From Myxococcota bacterium (GTDB lineage Bacteria; Myxococcota_A; Polyangia; Nannocystales; Nannocystaceae): 64,000 nucleotides of DNA. How positions within the stretch are numbered: the first letter of the stretch is position 1; every line of letters begins with the position of its first letter. This document shows, piece after piece, positions 9,154 through 18,800 of the stretch. The stretch is from positions 1 to 64,000 of the forward strand of contig JBCCHT010000012.1 in the NCBI GenBank assembly GCA_039028615.1, given 5' to 3'. The notes beneath the pieces were generated by a model, which ran no database searches, was not told where the DNA came from, and saw only the letters and a list, made by a program, of their open reading frames with translations. A program made the position numbers and the translations under genes.

Positions 9154-10337
9154 GGCAGGCGCAGCTCCAGCCCCAGCAGACCGCGGGCCTGGACGGGGCC
9201 GATCTCGTGGATCGTGCCGAGGCCGACGATCTCGAATTCGGACCGCAGGAGGGGCACTGCGACCTCTCCTCGGGCAAACAGCGCAAACCGCGGCACCACC
9301 GGCCAGGCCACCCCCAGGCCGCCCACGGGGGCGAGCCAGGGCAGCCGCGCGACCTGCGTGCGAGGCACGCCGTAGCCGCGGCCGATCGTCTGGCCCCCGT
9401 CGAGGCCCAAGCACAAGGGGGTCTCGACCGGGCCGAAACGGGGGCTCGCGCAGGCCCGCGCCCCGACCGTCCAGTGGTCGAAGCGACCGCCCGCGTCGGC
9501 GGAGTTCGGCGAGCTCTGCTCGGTGGGAAAGCGATAGCTCCCGGTGAGCTCGGCGCGAAACCAGCGGACGATGACCCCGGCCGACAGCGTCGCCCCGAAG
9601 CCCACGCCGGGCAGCGCCAGGCCATCGACCAGGCCCGCGCCCGCGACGAAGCCTCGCCAGGGCGGCTCGGGATCGGCACGCACCATGTCGGCGCCCGTCC
9701 GGGCCTCGATCTCCCCGATGGGTTCGATGGCCTCGGTGTCCCCCTCGGTCTGGGGGGGCTCGACCACGAACGCAGGCTCGGACTCGGGCTCCTCGGCCGC
9801 GGGTTCGACCGGGGCGGGCTCATCCGGCTCGATCGGCTCGTCCAGGTCGGTCGTGGCCAGCCGGTCGAGCACGGTGGGATCGACCGCGATCGCGATCGCC
9901 AGCGCAGCCGCGTTCACCACCGTGTTGCAGGCGGGCGCATGAAACCGTCGCTCCCCGCGGTTCGGCCCCGCCTCGAAGCGCGTGACCACCTGCCAGCGAT
10001 CGGGGTGCTGCTCGACGGTGGCCTCGACCCGGACGGGCGTGCGCATGCTGGAGCCAGCCATGAGCCGATCCATCGCCACCGTAAAGGTCGACGCGGGACA
10101 TTCGGCGGGGGCTTGCCAGGAAAGCTCGACGGGCGGACCCGCCGAAGCCTCATCGGCCGCGGGCTGAGCGTGGACCCGTCGGGGGCCCGCGATCATCGCG
10201 AGGGAAGCCGCCACCAGGGCCGAGCCGAGCCGCCGCCGCGTTGTGGACCGAAGCACCGAGGGACCAACTGTCCCAACGACCCGCGCTTTCACACCGCGAT
10301 GCACCCGAGACTCGCGCATAGTGCGGGGTTTGCCCAA
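9150..10337 (-). CDS. Secreted protein with C-terminal beta-barrel-like domain
   Basis: Signal peptide, W.AP.ECP motif, amphipathic strands ending GLELRLP; coupled to the sigma gene; start uncertain. Confidence 0.6.
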   Translation of the reverse strand: MGKPRTMRESRVHRGVKARVVGTVGPSVLRSTTRRRLGSALVAASLAMIAGPRRVHAQPAADEASAGPPVELSWQAPAECPASTFTVAMDRLMAGSSMRTPVRVEATVEQHPDRWQVVTRFEAGPNRGERRFHAPACNTVVNAAALAIAIAVDPTVLDRLATTDLDEPIEPDEPAPVEPAAEEPESEPAFVVEPPQTEGDTEAIEPIGEIEARTGADMVRADPEPPWRGFVAGAGLVDGLALPGVGFGATLSAGVIVRWFRAELTGSYRFPTEQSSPNSADAGGRFDHWTVGARACASPRFGPVETPLCLGLDGGQTIGRGYGVPRTQVARLPWLAPVGGLGVAWPVVPRFALFARGEVAVPLLRSEFEIVGLGTIHEIGPVQARGLLGLELRLP

Positions 10338-10365
10338 TCCAAGCGCTCCAGCGACGGCGAGCCGC

Positions 10366-11415
10366 TCAGCGGACCGCGATGCGGGCCACGTGCGCGTCCA
10401 CGAGCTCGCCGACCACCGCCGCCGTGCTCACGTTGCGCTCGCCGAGCGCCTCCACCAAGGCATCGCAGCGATCGGGGGAGACCGCGATGAGCAGCCCGCC
10501 CGAGGTCTGCGCATCACACAAAAGCAGCTGCCCCGGCTTTTCGACGCCCTCGGCCCAGTCGACCGACTCGTTGAGGAAGCGCCAGTTCGCATGGGTCCCG
10601 CCCGGGGCGATGCCGGCTTCGACATAGGCCACCGCCGCCTCGATGGCGGGCACGTTGGCCCGCTCGATCACCGCTCCGCACTTGGAGGCCGACACCATGT
10701 TGCGCAGGTGGCCGAGCAGGCCGAACCCGGTGATGTCGGTGGCCGCGTGCACTCCTTGGTCGGCCACGCCCACCGCCTCGATGGCCTCGGCCGCCGCGCG
10801 GTTCAACGTGCTCATGACCACGATGGCCTCGGCGATCGCTCCGCGCGAGTCCTCGTCGTTCTTGGCCGCGGTGGTCACGATGCCGGTCCCGATGGGCTTG
10901 GTGAGCACCAGCTTGTCGCCGGGGCGGCCCTTGGCATTGCTGACCACGCGGTCGGGGTGCACGACCCCGGTCACCGCGAGCCCGTAGATGGGCTCCTCGC
11001 TGGCGATGGTGTGACCGCCCGCGATGTCGATGCCCGCCTCGCGGGCCTTGTCGGCGCCGCCGCGGAGAATCTCGCCGAGGATCTCCACGTCGAGCTCGGC
11101 GGGAAAGCCCACCAGGTTGAGCGCGGAGATCGGTCGCCCGCCCATGGCGTAGACGTCGCTGAGCGCATTGGCGGCCGCGACCGCACCGAAGTCGTAGGGC
11201 TCGTCGACGATCGGCGTGAAGAAATCGGTGGTGAGCACCAGGGCTCGCTCGTCGTCGAGGCGATAGACCGCGGCATCGTCGGCGGTCGAGCTGCCCACCA
11301 TGACCTTCGGGTCGGTGATCGGCGGCAGGCGCTCGAGCAAGGGCAACAAATAGCCGGGCGGTTGCTTGGCAGCGCAGCCCGCCCGCTTGGCGGTCTTGGT
11401 CATTCGAATGGCCAT
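10366..11415 (-). CDS. selD: Selenide, water dikinase (Cys-type)
   Basis: AGCAAK active site, DDAAVY, TTDFFTP, ANALSDVYAMGG, TDITGFGLLGH, DAQTSGGLL. Confidence 0.95.
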   Translation of the reverse strand: MAIRMTKTAKRAGCAAKQPPGYLLPLLERLPPITDPKVMVGSSTADDAAVYRLDDERALVLTTDFFTPIVDEPYDFGAVAAANALSDVYAMGGRPISALNLVGFPAELDVEILGEILRGGADKAREAGIDIAGGHTIASEEPIYGLAVTGVVHPDRVVSNAKGRPGDKLVLTKPIGTGIVTTAAKNDEDSRGAIAEAIVVMSTLNRAAAEAIEAVGVADQGVHAATDITGFGLLGHLRNMVSASKCGAVIERANVPAIEAAVAYVEAGIAPGGTHANWRFLNESVDWAEGVEKPGQLLLCDAQTSGGLLIAVSPDRCDALVEALGERNVSTAAVVGELVDAHVARIAVR

Positions 11416-11525
11416 GGTGCGCCCGCAGTATACGACCGACCCGGGTACCCAGTGGCTGCCCACCGTGGTCCCGGGTCGAGTTGCGAGGCGGCGCCCGCGA
11501 GCGCCCCTCGATCCTTGGCCAGCGC

Positions 11526-12944
11526 TCAGCGCTTGCGCGGGTTCTGGATGTGGACCGCCTCGCCCACCGCGTGCTTGGCCGCTTCCATCACCGCTTCGCC
11601 CAAGGTGGGGTGCGGGTGGATGGTGAGGCCGATGTCCGGGGCGTAGGCGCCCATCTCGATGGCCAGCGCCGCCTCGGAGATGAGGTCGCTGGCCTCGGGA
11701 CCGACGATGCTGACCCCGAGCACGCGCTCGTCCTTGGCGTCGATGACGACCTTGACGAAGCCCTTGGTCTCGTCGATGGCCATGGCGCGCCCGAGGGCGG
11801 CGAAGGGCATCTTGCCGACGTTGACCTTGTAGCCCTTGGCCTCGGCTTCCTTCTTGCTCAGGCCGGCGGTGGCGATCTCGGGCTCGGTGAAGACCACGGC
11901 GGGGATGACCCGCGCGTCGTTGATGGTCTTCTTGCCCGCGATGACCTCGGCGACGACCTCGGACTCGTGGCTGGCCTTGTGCGCGAGCATGGGCTGGCCG
12001 ACCACGTCGCCGCAGGCGTAGATGCCGGGCACGTTGGTCTGCTGGCGCTCGTCGACGGGGATGAAGCCCTTGTCGTCGAGCTTGACCCCGGCCTTCTCGA
12101 TGGACAGGCCCTTGGTGACGGGGCGACGACCCACGGCCACGAGCACGCACTCGGCCGCGACCTCGCGGATCTTGCCGTCGATCTCGACCTGGACCACGGC
12201 CTTGCCGTCTTTCTCGGTCCAGCCCTTGGCGCGCGCCTTGGTGATGATCTCACCGCCGCCGCCCTTGATCTCCTTGGCGACCAGCTGGGCGAGGTCTTTG
12301 TCCATGGAGGGCAGGATGCGATCGAGACCCTCGATGACGATGAGCTTGGTGCCCACGCGCTGGAAGGTCTGGCCGAGCTCGAGGCCGATGTAGCCGCCGC
12401 CGATGACGATCATCGACTCGGGCACGTGGTCGAGCGCCAGGGCCCCCGTGCTGTCGAGGATGCGCTTTTGGTCGGGCTCGAAGCCGGGGATGACGATGGG
12501 CACGGAGCCCGTGGAGATGACGATGTGCTCCGCCTCGACGATGTCGCTGGGCTTGCCGTCGGAGTAGGTCAGCTGGACCCGCTTGGGGCCCAGGAACTCG
12601 GCGGTGGCGTTGACGTAGTCGGTGCCGTTGCCCTTGACCAGGCCCTGGACGCCGGAGGTCAGCTTGCGGACGATGCCGCCCTTCCACTCCTGCATCTTGC
12701 CCATGTCGACCTGGGGCGTGCCGAACGACAGGCCCATCTTCTCGGCGCCCTCGGCCTTGTGGGCCAGCTTGGTCGCGGAGATGAGCGCCTTGGAAGGGAT
12801 GCAGCCCACGTTGAGGCACACGCCTCCGGGCTGGTCCTTTTCTACGAGCATGGCATCGACGCCGAGCTGCCCGAGACGGATTGCACAGGGGTAACCGCCG
12901 GTACCCGCACCAATGACGAGAGCCTTCTTCTTGATCGTGGCCAT
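11526..12944 (-). CDS. lpdA: Dihydrolipoamide dehydrogenase (E3)
   Basis: GAGTGG, GGVCLNVGCIPSKAL, GGGYIGLE, MLAHKA, HPHPTLGE. Confidence 0.96.
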   Translation of the reverse strand: MATIKKKALVIGAGTGGYPCAIRLGQLGVDAMLVEKDQPGGVCLNVGCIPSKALISATKLAHKAEGAEKMGLSFGTPQVDMGKMQEWKGGIVRKLTSGVQGLVKGNGTDYVNATAEFLGPKRVQLTYSDGKPSDIVEAEHIVISTGSVPIVIPGFEPDQKRILDSTGALALDHVPESMIVIGGGYIGLELGQTFQRVGTKLIVIEGLDRILPSMDKDLAQLVAKEIKGGGGEIITKARAKGWTEKDGKAVVQVEIDGKIREVAAECVLVAVGRRPVTKGLSIEKAGVKLDDKGFIPVDERQQTNVPGIYACGDVVGQPMLAHKASHESEVVAEVIAGKKTINDARVIPAVVFTEPEIATAGLSKKEAEAKGYKVNVGKMPFAALGRAMAIDETKGFVKVVIDAKDERVLGVSIVGPEASDLISEAALAIEMGAYAPDIGLTIHPHPTLGEAVMEAAKHAVGEAVHIQNPRKR

Positions 12945-12953
12945 GAGAATTTC

Positions 12954-14270
12954 CTAGATGCCTGCGAGCAAAAGCAGGGTGGGATCCTCGAGGTAGCGCT
13001 TGACCTCCTGGAGGAAGCTAGCACCCTCGAAGCCATCGACCACGCGATGGTCGAGCGACACGGACAAGTTCATGAGGTGACCCACCACGATCTCGTCGTT
13101 GTCGTTCACCACCGGGGTCTTGCGAATGGCATGGACCCCGAGGATACCGACCTCGGGATGGTTGAGGATCGGCGTCGCGAGCACGCCACCGATGGTGCCG
13201 AGGCTCGTGATGGTAAAGGTCGATCCGACGAGCTCGTCGCGGCTGGCCTTGCCCGTGCGGGCGGCCTCGCTGACGCGCAGAATCTCGCGGCCGATGTCGA
13301 GCAGGCTGAGCCGGTCGGCGTCGTGCACCACCGGAACCATCAGGCCCTGGTCGGTGGCGGTGGCGATGCCGATGCTGTAGCGCTTCTTCAGGACGATCTG
13401 CCCCGCCGCCTCGTCGAGCATGGCGTTGACGATGGGGTACTTCTTGAGCCCCAGGATGACCGCCTTGACGATGAAGGGCAGGTAGCTGAGCTTGACGCCC
13501 TGCTCGAGCGCGGCCTCGCGGGCCTGCTTGCGCACCTTGACCAGCGCGCTGACGTCGATTTGCTCGACGTAGGTGTAATGGACCGCGCTGGTGTACGACT
13601 TGACCATGCCCTCGGCGATGCGCCGACGCATGCCGCGGAAGGGAATGGTCTCGTCGGCGGCGGGCGCCCCGAGGTCGCGACGAGCGGCGGGAGCGGCCGG
13701 AGCCGAAGCAGCGGGAGCCGGAGCAGACGGTGCCGCCGGAGCAGCCACGGCCGGCGCGGGCGCGGGCGCGGCGGGGGCCGGGGCCGAGCGAGCCTCGAGC
13801 ACCTCGGTCTTGGTGATCCGCCCCTGACGGCCGGGCACCCGGCCCAAGTCGATGCCCTCTTCGCGGGCCAGCGCGCGGGCAGCCGGAGTCGCGAGGATCT
13901 TGCCGGTCGCCGGATCGCGGGGAGCCTCGCCGCTGGCGGGCGGCGGAGCAGACTGCGTCACGGGCGGAGCGGACTGCGTCACGGGCGGTGCCGACGCGGG
14001 GGCTGGGGCGGGCGCGGGCGCCTGCACGGCGGCACCGGCCTCACCGAAGATCGCAATGACCGCGCCGACCTCGGCGACTTCGCCTTCCTCGACCACGATG
14101 CGCTCGACGGTGGCGGCGACGGGCGAAGGGATCTCGACGGTGGCCTTGTCGGTCATCACCTCGACGAGCCCTTCGTTGGCGGCGACGCTGTCACCGGGCT
14201 TCTTGAGCCAGCGAACGATCTCGCCTTCGACGACCCCTTCGCCGATGGCAGGGAGCTTGAACTCGGACAT
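12954..14270 (-). CDS. Dihydrolipoamide acyltransferase (E2), single lipoyl domain
   Basis: Lipoyl motif MTDKATVEIPSP, PSBD ATPAARALARE.GID, catalytic DHRVVDG; GGAGG RBS upstream. Confidence 0.95.
   Translation of the reverse strand: MSEFKLPAIGEGVVEGEIVRWLKKPGDSVAANEGLVEVMTDKATVEIPSPVAATVERIVVEEGEVAEVGAVIAIFGEAGAAVQAPAPAPAPASAPPVTQSAPPVTQSAPPPASGEAPRDPATGKILATPAARALAREEGIDLGRVPGRQGRITKTEVLEARSAPAPAAPAPAPAVAAPAAPSAPAPAASAPAAPAARRDLGAPAADETIPFRGMRRRIAEGMVKSYTSAVHYTYVEQIDVSALVKVRKQAREAALEQGVKLSYLPFIVKAVILGLKKYPIVNAMLDEAAGQIVLKKRYSIGIATATDQGLMVPVVHDADRLSLLDIGREILRVSEAARTGKASRDELVGSTFTITSLGTIGGVLATPILNHPEVGILGVHAIRKTPVVNDNDEIVVGHLMNLSVSLDHRVVDGFEGASFLQEVKRYLEDPTLLLLAGI
13942..13988. repeat. 21-bp tandem duplication in the E2 linker (PPVTQSA x2)
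   Basis: GGCGGAGC(A/G)GACTGCGTCACG occurs twice in tandem. Confidence 0.85.
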
Positions 14271-14300
14271 GGACAACGACCTCCGTGACGCGTGAAAACG

Positions 14301-15263
14301 CTAGTAGCTCGCGCTGCGAGTGATGGCTTCGGCCACCCGTGCGACGGTGGGAATGGCATCCCCTTCGTCGGACGGTCGCACAGGAGCATCGGCCCCGGTC
14401 ACGCGCAGGACCGGAGCATCGAGGTGCAAGATGGCCGCGTCGGCGAAGTGAGCGGACAGTTCCGCCCCCACGCCCCCCGCACGCGGCCCGGCATGCACGA
14501 TGACCAATCGGCCGGTGGCTCGCGCCTCGGCCTGCAATGTCGACAGATCGAGCGGGGCCAAGCAGCCCACGTCGACCACCGCGGCGTCGACCCCGGTCTG
14601 CGTGACCGCGTCGAGGGCCACGTCGAGCGCGGCTCCCCAGGCGAACACGGTGACGCGGCCGCCGTCGCGAACCCGATGCGAAGCGGCGGCGCTCCGGCCC
14701 AGGTCATGGGCGAGCGGGCCTCGCGGGGCGGACAGCAGCAAGGTGCGCGGCAACAGCAGGACCGTGGGGCCCTCGCTGGCCGCATGCTCGACCGCTGCTC
14801 GGAGCCAGGCCCCCGCCTCTTCGGCCTGCCCGGCACAAAGGACGTTGAGTCCCGACACGCGCGCGAGCACGGCCTCGACCGCCTCGGTCGCGGCACCGCC
14901 CAGGCCCAGGCCCGGTCCGCACGGCGCGATGAAGCACAGCGGCGTCGACACGCCGTCGTCGCTGCGCCACGACCAGGCTGCGGCGTCTCGCAGTCCCGCG
15001 AGACCTTCGAGCAAGGCCTCGACACCGGGCAGCACCACGATCGGGTGCCGTCCCGCCATCGCCAGGCCGGCCGCGTGGGCGGCCAGCACGGTAGGGGTCA
15101 ACGGGGTGGAGAGCGCGCGCTCGCGCAGCGCCTCGTCGGCGACCACGTCCTTGGACAGACCCAGCATTCCGCCGTCGGCGACGTCTTCGCCCAGCAGCAC
15201 GCGACGGTCGTCGTCGCGCAGCAGGTCGGCCAGTCGTGCGGCCAAATCTTCGAGCACGGTCAC
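14301..15263 (-). CDS. 2-oxoacid dehydrogenase E1 beta-like subunit, degenerate active site
   Basis: LLGEDV..GG, TPL, TGRLVIVH, LDAPVLRVTG.D.P; GTGA overlap with E1 alpha; catalytic Glu and His not found. Confidence 0.85.
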   Translation of the reverse strand: MTVLEDLAARLADLLRDDDRRVLLGEDVADGGMLGLSKDVVADEALRERALSTPLTPTVLAAHAAGLAMAGRHPIVVLPGVEALLEGLAGLRDAAAWSWRSDDGVSTPLCFIAPCGPGLGLGGAATEAVEAVLARVSGLNVLCAGQAEEAGAWLRAAVEHAASEGPTVLLLPRTLLLSAPRGPLAHDLGRSAAASHRVRDGGRVTVFAWGAALDVALDAVTQTGVDAAVVDVGCLAPLDLSTLQAEARATGRLVIVHAGPRAGGVGAELSAHFADAAILHLDAPVLRVTGADAPVRPSDEGDAIPTVARVAEAITRSASY

Positions 15264-16186
15264 GATGCGCCTCCCGATTGCGAAGCGGTTTCCAGTGCGG
15301 TCACCGCGTTGTCGAGCTGGCTGCGGATGTCCGCCTCGACGACGTCCTCGAAGGTCGACGACCACTCACCGCGGGAATCGAGGAAGCGTCGCAGTCGCTC
15401 GATGGGGTCGCGATGCGCAGGGGGATCGTGCAGCTGCGGGGTGACGACCACGTCGACCACGCCCGGCCCTCGCCCTTGGCGGGCCCGCTGAGCCGCGGAC
15501 GCGATGGTGTTGTGCACCGCGACCGGGTCCGCTCCGTCGACGCGCCGGGCCCACAGGCCACAGCTGCGCGCGCGGTCGGCCACGCTGTCTCCGAGCACGC
15601 CCGCCTCGGCCGGCGCCCCGTTGGGCCACAGCTGGCTGCGCACCACGATCACCATGGGCAGGGTGCAGCTCGCGGCCAGGGCCAAGGTCTCGGTGAAGGC
15701 GGCGGTCGTGCTCGAGCCCTCGCCGCACGAGGCGAACACCGCCCGCCCCTTGTCTTCGCCGTGGGCATAGCCAGCGGCGATGGCCAGGTGCATGGCCAGG
15801 GCGTCCGTGCCCGCGCCGATCTTCAGCGCCGTGCTCGAGACGTGCCCGGGTCGGTCCCGACCCTCGCGACCCGACACGCGGAACACCAGCTCCTGCGGCG
15901 TCATCCCGCGCGCCAAGGCGATGGCGGCATCTCGACCTCCGCCGAAGATCCACTCCGCCTCGTCGGCGATGCGAGCCATCGCGACCAACGGTGCTTCTTC
16001 GCCCGCGGCGGGAGCCCACATCGGCAACCCGAGTCGGCCGAGCCGCAGGTCGAGACTTCGAGCCTCCACCAGCTGCTTGTAGTAAGCGCGGGCGTCGAGG
16101 CTACCAAGGGTCGCCCCGTCTACGAGCCGGCCCTCGGCATCGAGCAGGGCGGCAGCTCCTTCGGGATCCCAGGGCGTGGTCTCCAT
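15260..16186 (-). CDS. 2-oxoacid dehydrogenase E1 alpha-like subunit, degenerate TPP motif
   Basis: GEEA, RVDGADP.AV, R.G.GP, DPIERLRRFL; GDG...NN replaced by GEG...RS. Confidence 0.85.
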   Translation of the reverse strand: METTPWDPEGAAALLDAEGRLVDGATLGSLDARAYYKQLVEARSLDLRLGRLGLPMWAPAAGEEAPLVAMARIADEAEWIFGGGRDAAIALARGMTPQELVFRVSGREGRDRPGHVSSTALKIGAGTDALAMHLAIAAGYAHGEDKGRAVFASCGEGSSTTAAFTETLALAASCTLPMVIVVRSQLWPNGAPAEAGVLGDSVADRARSCGLWARRVDGADPVAVHNTIASAAQRARQGRGPGVVDVVVTPQLHDPPAHRDPIERLRRFLDSRGEWSSTFEDVVEADIRSQLDNAVTALETASQSGGAS

Positions 16187-16398
16187 GTCGGTTTCGATTC
16201 GAGTCGGCGAGGAGACAAGAGGCCCCCTACGGCCGTTTCGCGCGCCTTCGAGCCGCTTTTAGCCGTGGCTCCGCAGACCGTCAAGGCACCGCGAAGCGGC
16301 CGGGCGGCTCCACGCCGTGGGTTTTGTCGGGAAGCCTTGTTCACACCGGGCCGCCTGCTTTGTGGTGGGACCCAGCTCACAACCACCGGTCGCGCGTT

Positions 16399-17904
16399 AT
16401 GGTGATCGCGATGTCCCCCAAGCCCCCGAGTCCCCCTCGGTTTTCGCTCGAGTCCGGCCGGGAACGAGGCTTCGAACGCGTCCTCAAGTGGGGCGTGCTC
16501 GCCGTCGTCGTCGCGGGTCTCGTATGGACGATCCCTCACTGGCCCAATGCATGGCGTTGGGTGAACGGGCGGGAAATGCTGTACGTGCCCGAGCACGACC
16601 CGAACCTCGACGCCGTTGAACTCGAGCAGGTCCACCGTGAGCTGTGGACGAAGTTCTTGGTGGCCGCGGCTCGAGCCACGCCGGGCTCCGACGACGAGCG
16701 ACTGAACGAAGCGCGCAAGACAATGCGCACGGCCATCGGGGCCGACGAAAACCTCACCGAGATCTTCGACGAGCTCGACGGCATCGTGACCACCGATCGC
16801 CTCGAGGGCGCGGGCGCTCAGCGACGCGCGCTGTGGCTGACCCGGGCGTGGAACCACTACCTCGACCTCGAGGGGCAGCCCTACTTCCTGCATGGGCACA
16901 TCACCGAAGACCGCCTGCCGATCTTCTACGCCCACATGTACAAGGTGGTCGCCGACGCCTCGGCCACCGTGGGCGAAGAGGAGCTGCGGGTGCGCGCGGT
17001 CAGCCGCCTCGATCGCATCAACCTGCGCGAGCCCTACCTCGGCTACGCCAGCAACGCCGACGAGAGCGCCATCGTGCTCTCCGATCGCATCATGGAGCTG
17101 GCCATCGACCGGGTGTGGCCCCTGCTCGGCTCGACCAGCCGCGACCGCCTCGACCAGATCTTCCGCCCCATGGTCGTGGCCGAGCTCCGCCGCGCCATGC
17201 CCGGCGAGACCCTCGCCCTGCTCACCAAGGCCGCCGCCCTGCGCTCGACCCTGGTGGAGACCCGCAAGTCGATCCTCGGGCGTCGGTGCAGCTACCTGTG
17301 GATCCCCCGCCCGCCGGCCATCGGCTACACCCGCGACGAGCTCGACCGCCTCAGCGAGTTCGTGGGCGAAGGCCCGTGTGCCGGGGTGACCGGCGAAGAA
17401 CTCAACACCCTGTGGAAGACCAGCGAGAAGCTCCAGGGCTTCGAAGGCCTCGACGAGGCCGCCGAGCGGCTCGCCGCCTGGGTCGCCCGGTCCATCGCCA
17501 TCCACGAGCTGCGCCTCGCCGCCGACGAGCTACTGCTCGACCCCCGCGAGCCTCGCAAGTGTGGGCCCTGCACCTCCGGCGACGCGCGGGAGGTTCGCTC
17601 GCAGGCCGCCGCCTACATGGCCGAGCTGGCCTGGGCCGATGCCCCCGCGACCGCGCTGTATCGCATCTGTATCACCTCCGCGTTCCTGGGCCCGCACGCG
17701 CGCGCCCGCGAGATCGTGACGCAGGCGCTGGGCGGCTCGTGCCGCGAGGGTGCACCCCCCGAGCTGACCGAGTCGGCCCGAGCCCTCGCCACCAAGGAGT
17801 TCGGCAACTCCGAGACGATCGTGCTCGGAGCCGACTTCCCCGAGCGCCTCCCGGTCGTGCCCGCCCGAGACCAGCAGCCCGAGCGCAACCCGGACGCAGG
17901 CTGA
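16399..17904 (+). CDS. Single-TM hypothetical protein with degenerate zincin-like motif
   Basis: N-terminal TM, several Cys, IAIHELRLAAD. Confidence 0.65.
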   Translation: MVIAMSPKPPSPPRFSLESGRERGFERVLKWGVLAVVVAGLVWTIPHWPNAWRWVNGREMLYVPEHDPNLDAVELEQVHRELWTKFLVAAARATPGSDDERLNEARKTMRTAIGADENLTEIFDELDGIVTTDRLEGAGAQRRALWLTRAWNHYLDLEGQPYFLHGHITEDRLPIFYAHMYKVVADASATVGEEELRVRAVSRLDRINLREPYLGYASNADESAIVLSDRIMELAIDRVWPLLGSTSRDRLDQIFRPMVVAELRRAMPGETLALLTKAAALRSTLVETRKSILGRRCSYLWIPRPPAIGYTRDELDRLSEFVGEGPCAGVTGEELNTLWKTSEKLQGFEGLDEAAERLAAWVARSIAIHELRLAADELLLDPREPRKCGPCTSGDAREVRSQAAAYMAELAWADAPATALYRICITSAFLGPHARAREIVTQALGGSCREGAPPELTESARALATKEFGNSETIVLGADFPERLPVVPARDQQPERNPDAG

Positions 17905-17964
17905 ATGCTCGGGCCTACCGAGACGAAGGGGTGAGGCTCGCTCACCCCGTAGCGATGGTCGGGG

Positions 17965-18786
17965 TCAGGCGACGCGGGACTGCTGTCCCGCCCCGTTGCC
18001 GCACAGCGGAAGGTTCTCGATGGTGGCCGGCCACTCGCCGTGCTCGAAGGGGTACTGCATGAACTCGCGCACCCGCTGGGCGAACTCGGGAATCTCCTCG
18101 TCGCTGAGCCCCGAGGCGTCGATCTGCGGACCGACGAACACGTCGACCGTCTTGCCCGGGTAGAACAGGAACGAGCCCTTGCGATTGACCTCGTACATGC
18201 CCTTGACGATGATCGGCACCACCGGCATCTCGGCGTTGCGGGCCATCATGAACACGCCCCGGCGGAACTTCTGAATCTTGCCGTCCTTGGTGCGGTGCCC
18301 CTCGGGGAAGGTCAGCACCGACATCCCGATCCGGCGTCGCTCGGCCGCGGCCTCGCTGAGCTTCCGAATCGTCTCCGTGCGGGACACGCTGCGGTCGACC
18401 GCGATGCCCTTGGAGACCATCATCATCCAGCCGTAGATGGGCAGCTTGAACTGCCAGGCGTTCATCAACCCGGAGAACGCATGGGGGATGACGCAGGTCG
18501 CCACCATGCCATCGATGAGGTTGATGTGGTTTTGGACGTAGATGGCCCGCTGCTCGGGATCGAAGCCGGGGTGGTGATGCACCCGCAGGCGCGTCAGCGT
18601 CAGCGGTACGCAGGCCGCGAACATCGGGCCCGTCACCCACATGTGGACCTTCTGATACGGGAATCCGATCACCCGTAGGAGGATGGAGAGCACCACGCCC
18701 ACGAACATCACCGCGAACGAGGTCGTCCAATACAGTACGGTAAAGATAGTGATCCCGGTTCGGCGCAACACGGTGCCGCGAAGCAT
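17965..18786 (-). CDS. 1-acyl-sn-glycerol-3-phosphate (PlsC-like) acyltransferase
   Basis: NHINLID, FPEGHRT, FRRGVF, PVVP motifs. Confidence 0.9.
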   Translation of the reverse strand: MLRGTVLRRTGITIFTVLYWTTSFAVMFVGVVLSILLRVIGFPYQKVHMWVTGPMFAACVPLTLTRLRVHHHPGFDPEQRAIYVQNHINLIDGMVATCVIPHAFSGLMNAWQFKLPIYGWMMMVSKGIAVDRSVSRTETIRKLSEAAAERRRIGMSVLTFPEGHRTKDGKIQKFRRGVFMMARNAEMPVVPIIVKGMYEVNRKGSFLFYPGKTVDVFVGPQIDASGLSDEEIPEFAQRVREFMQYPFEHGEWPATIENLPLCGNGAGQQSRVA

Positions 18787-18800
18787 ACCGCTCCCCGCGA

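Noticed and set aside
11360..11415. Selenocysteine (UGA) in the SelD active site
   Set aside because: The codon is TGC (Cys) and the frame is open
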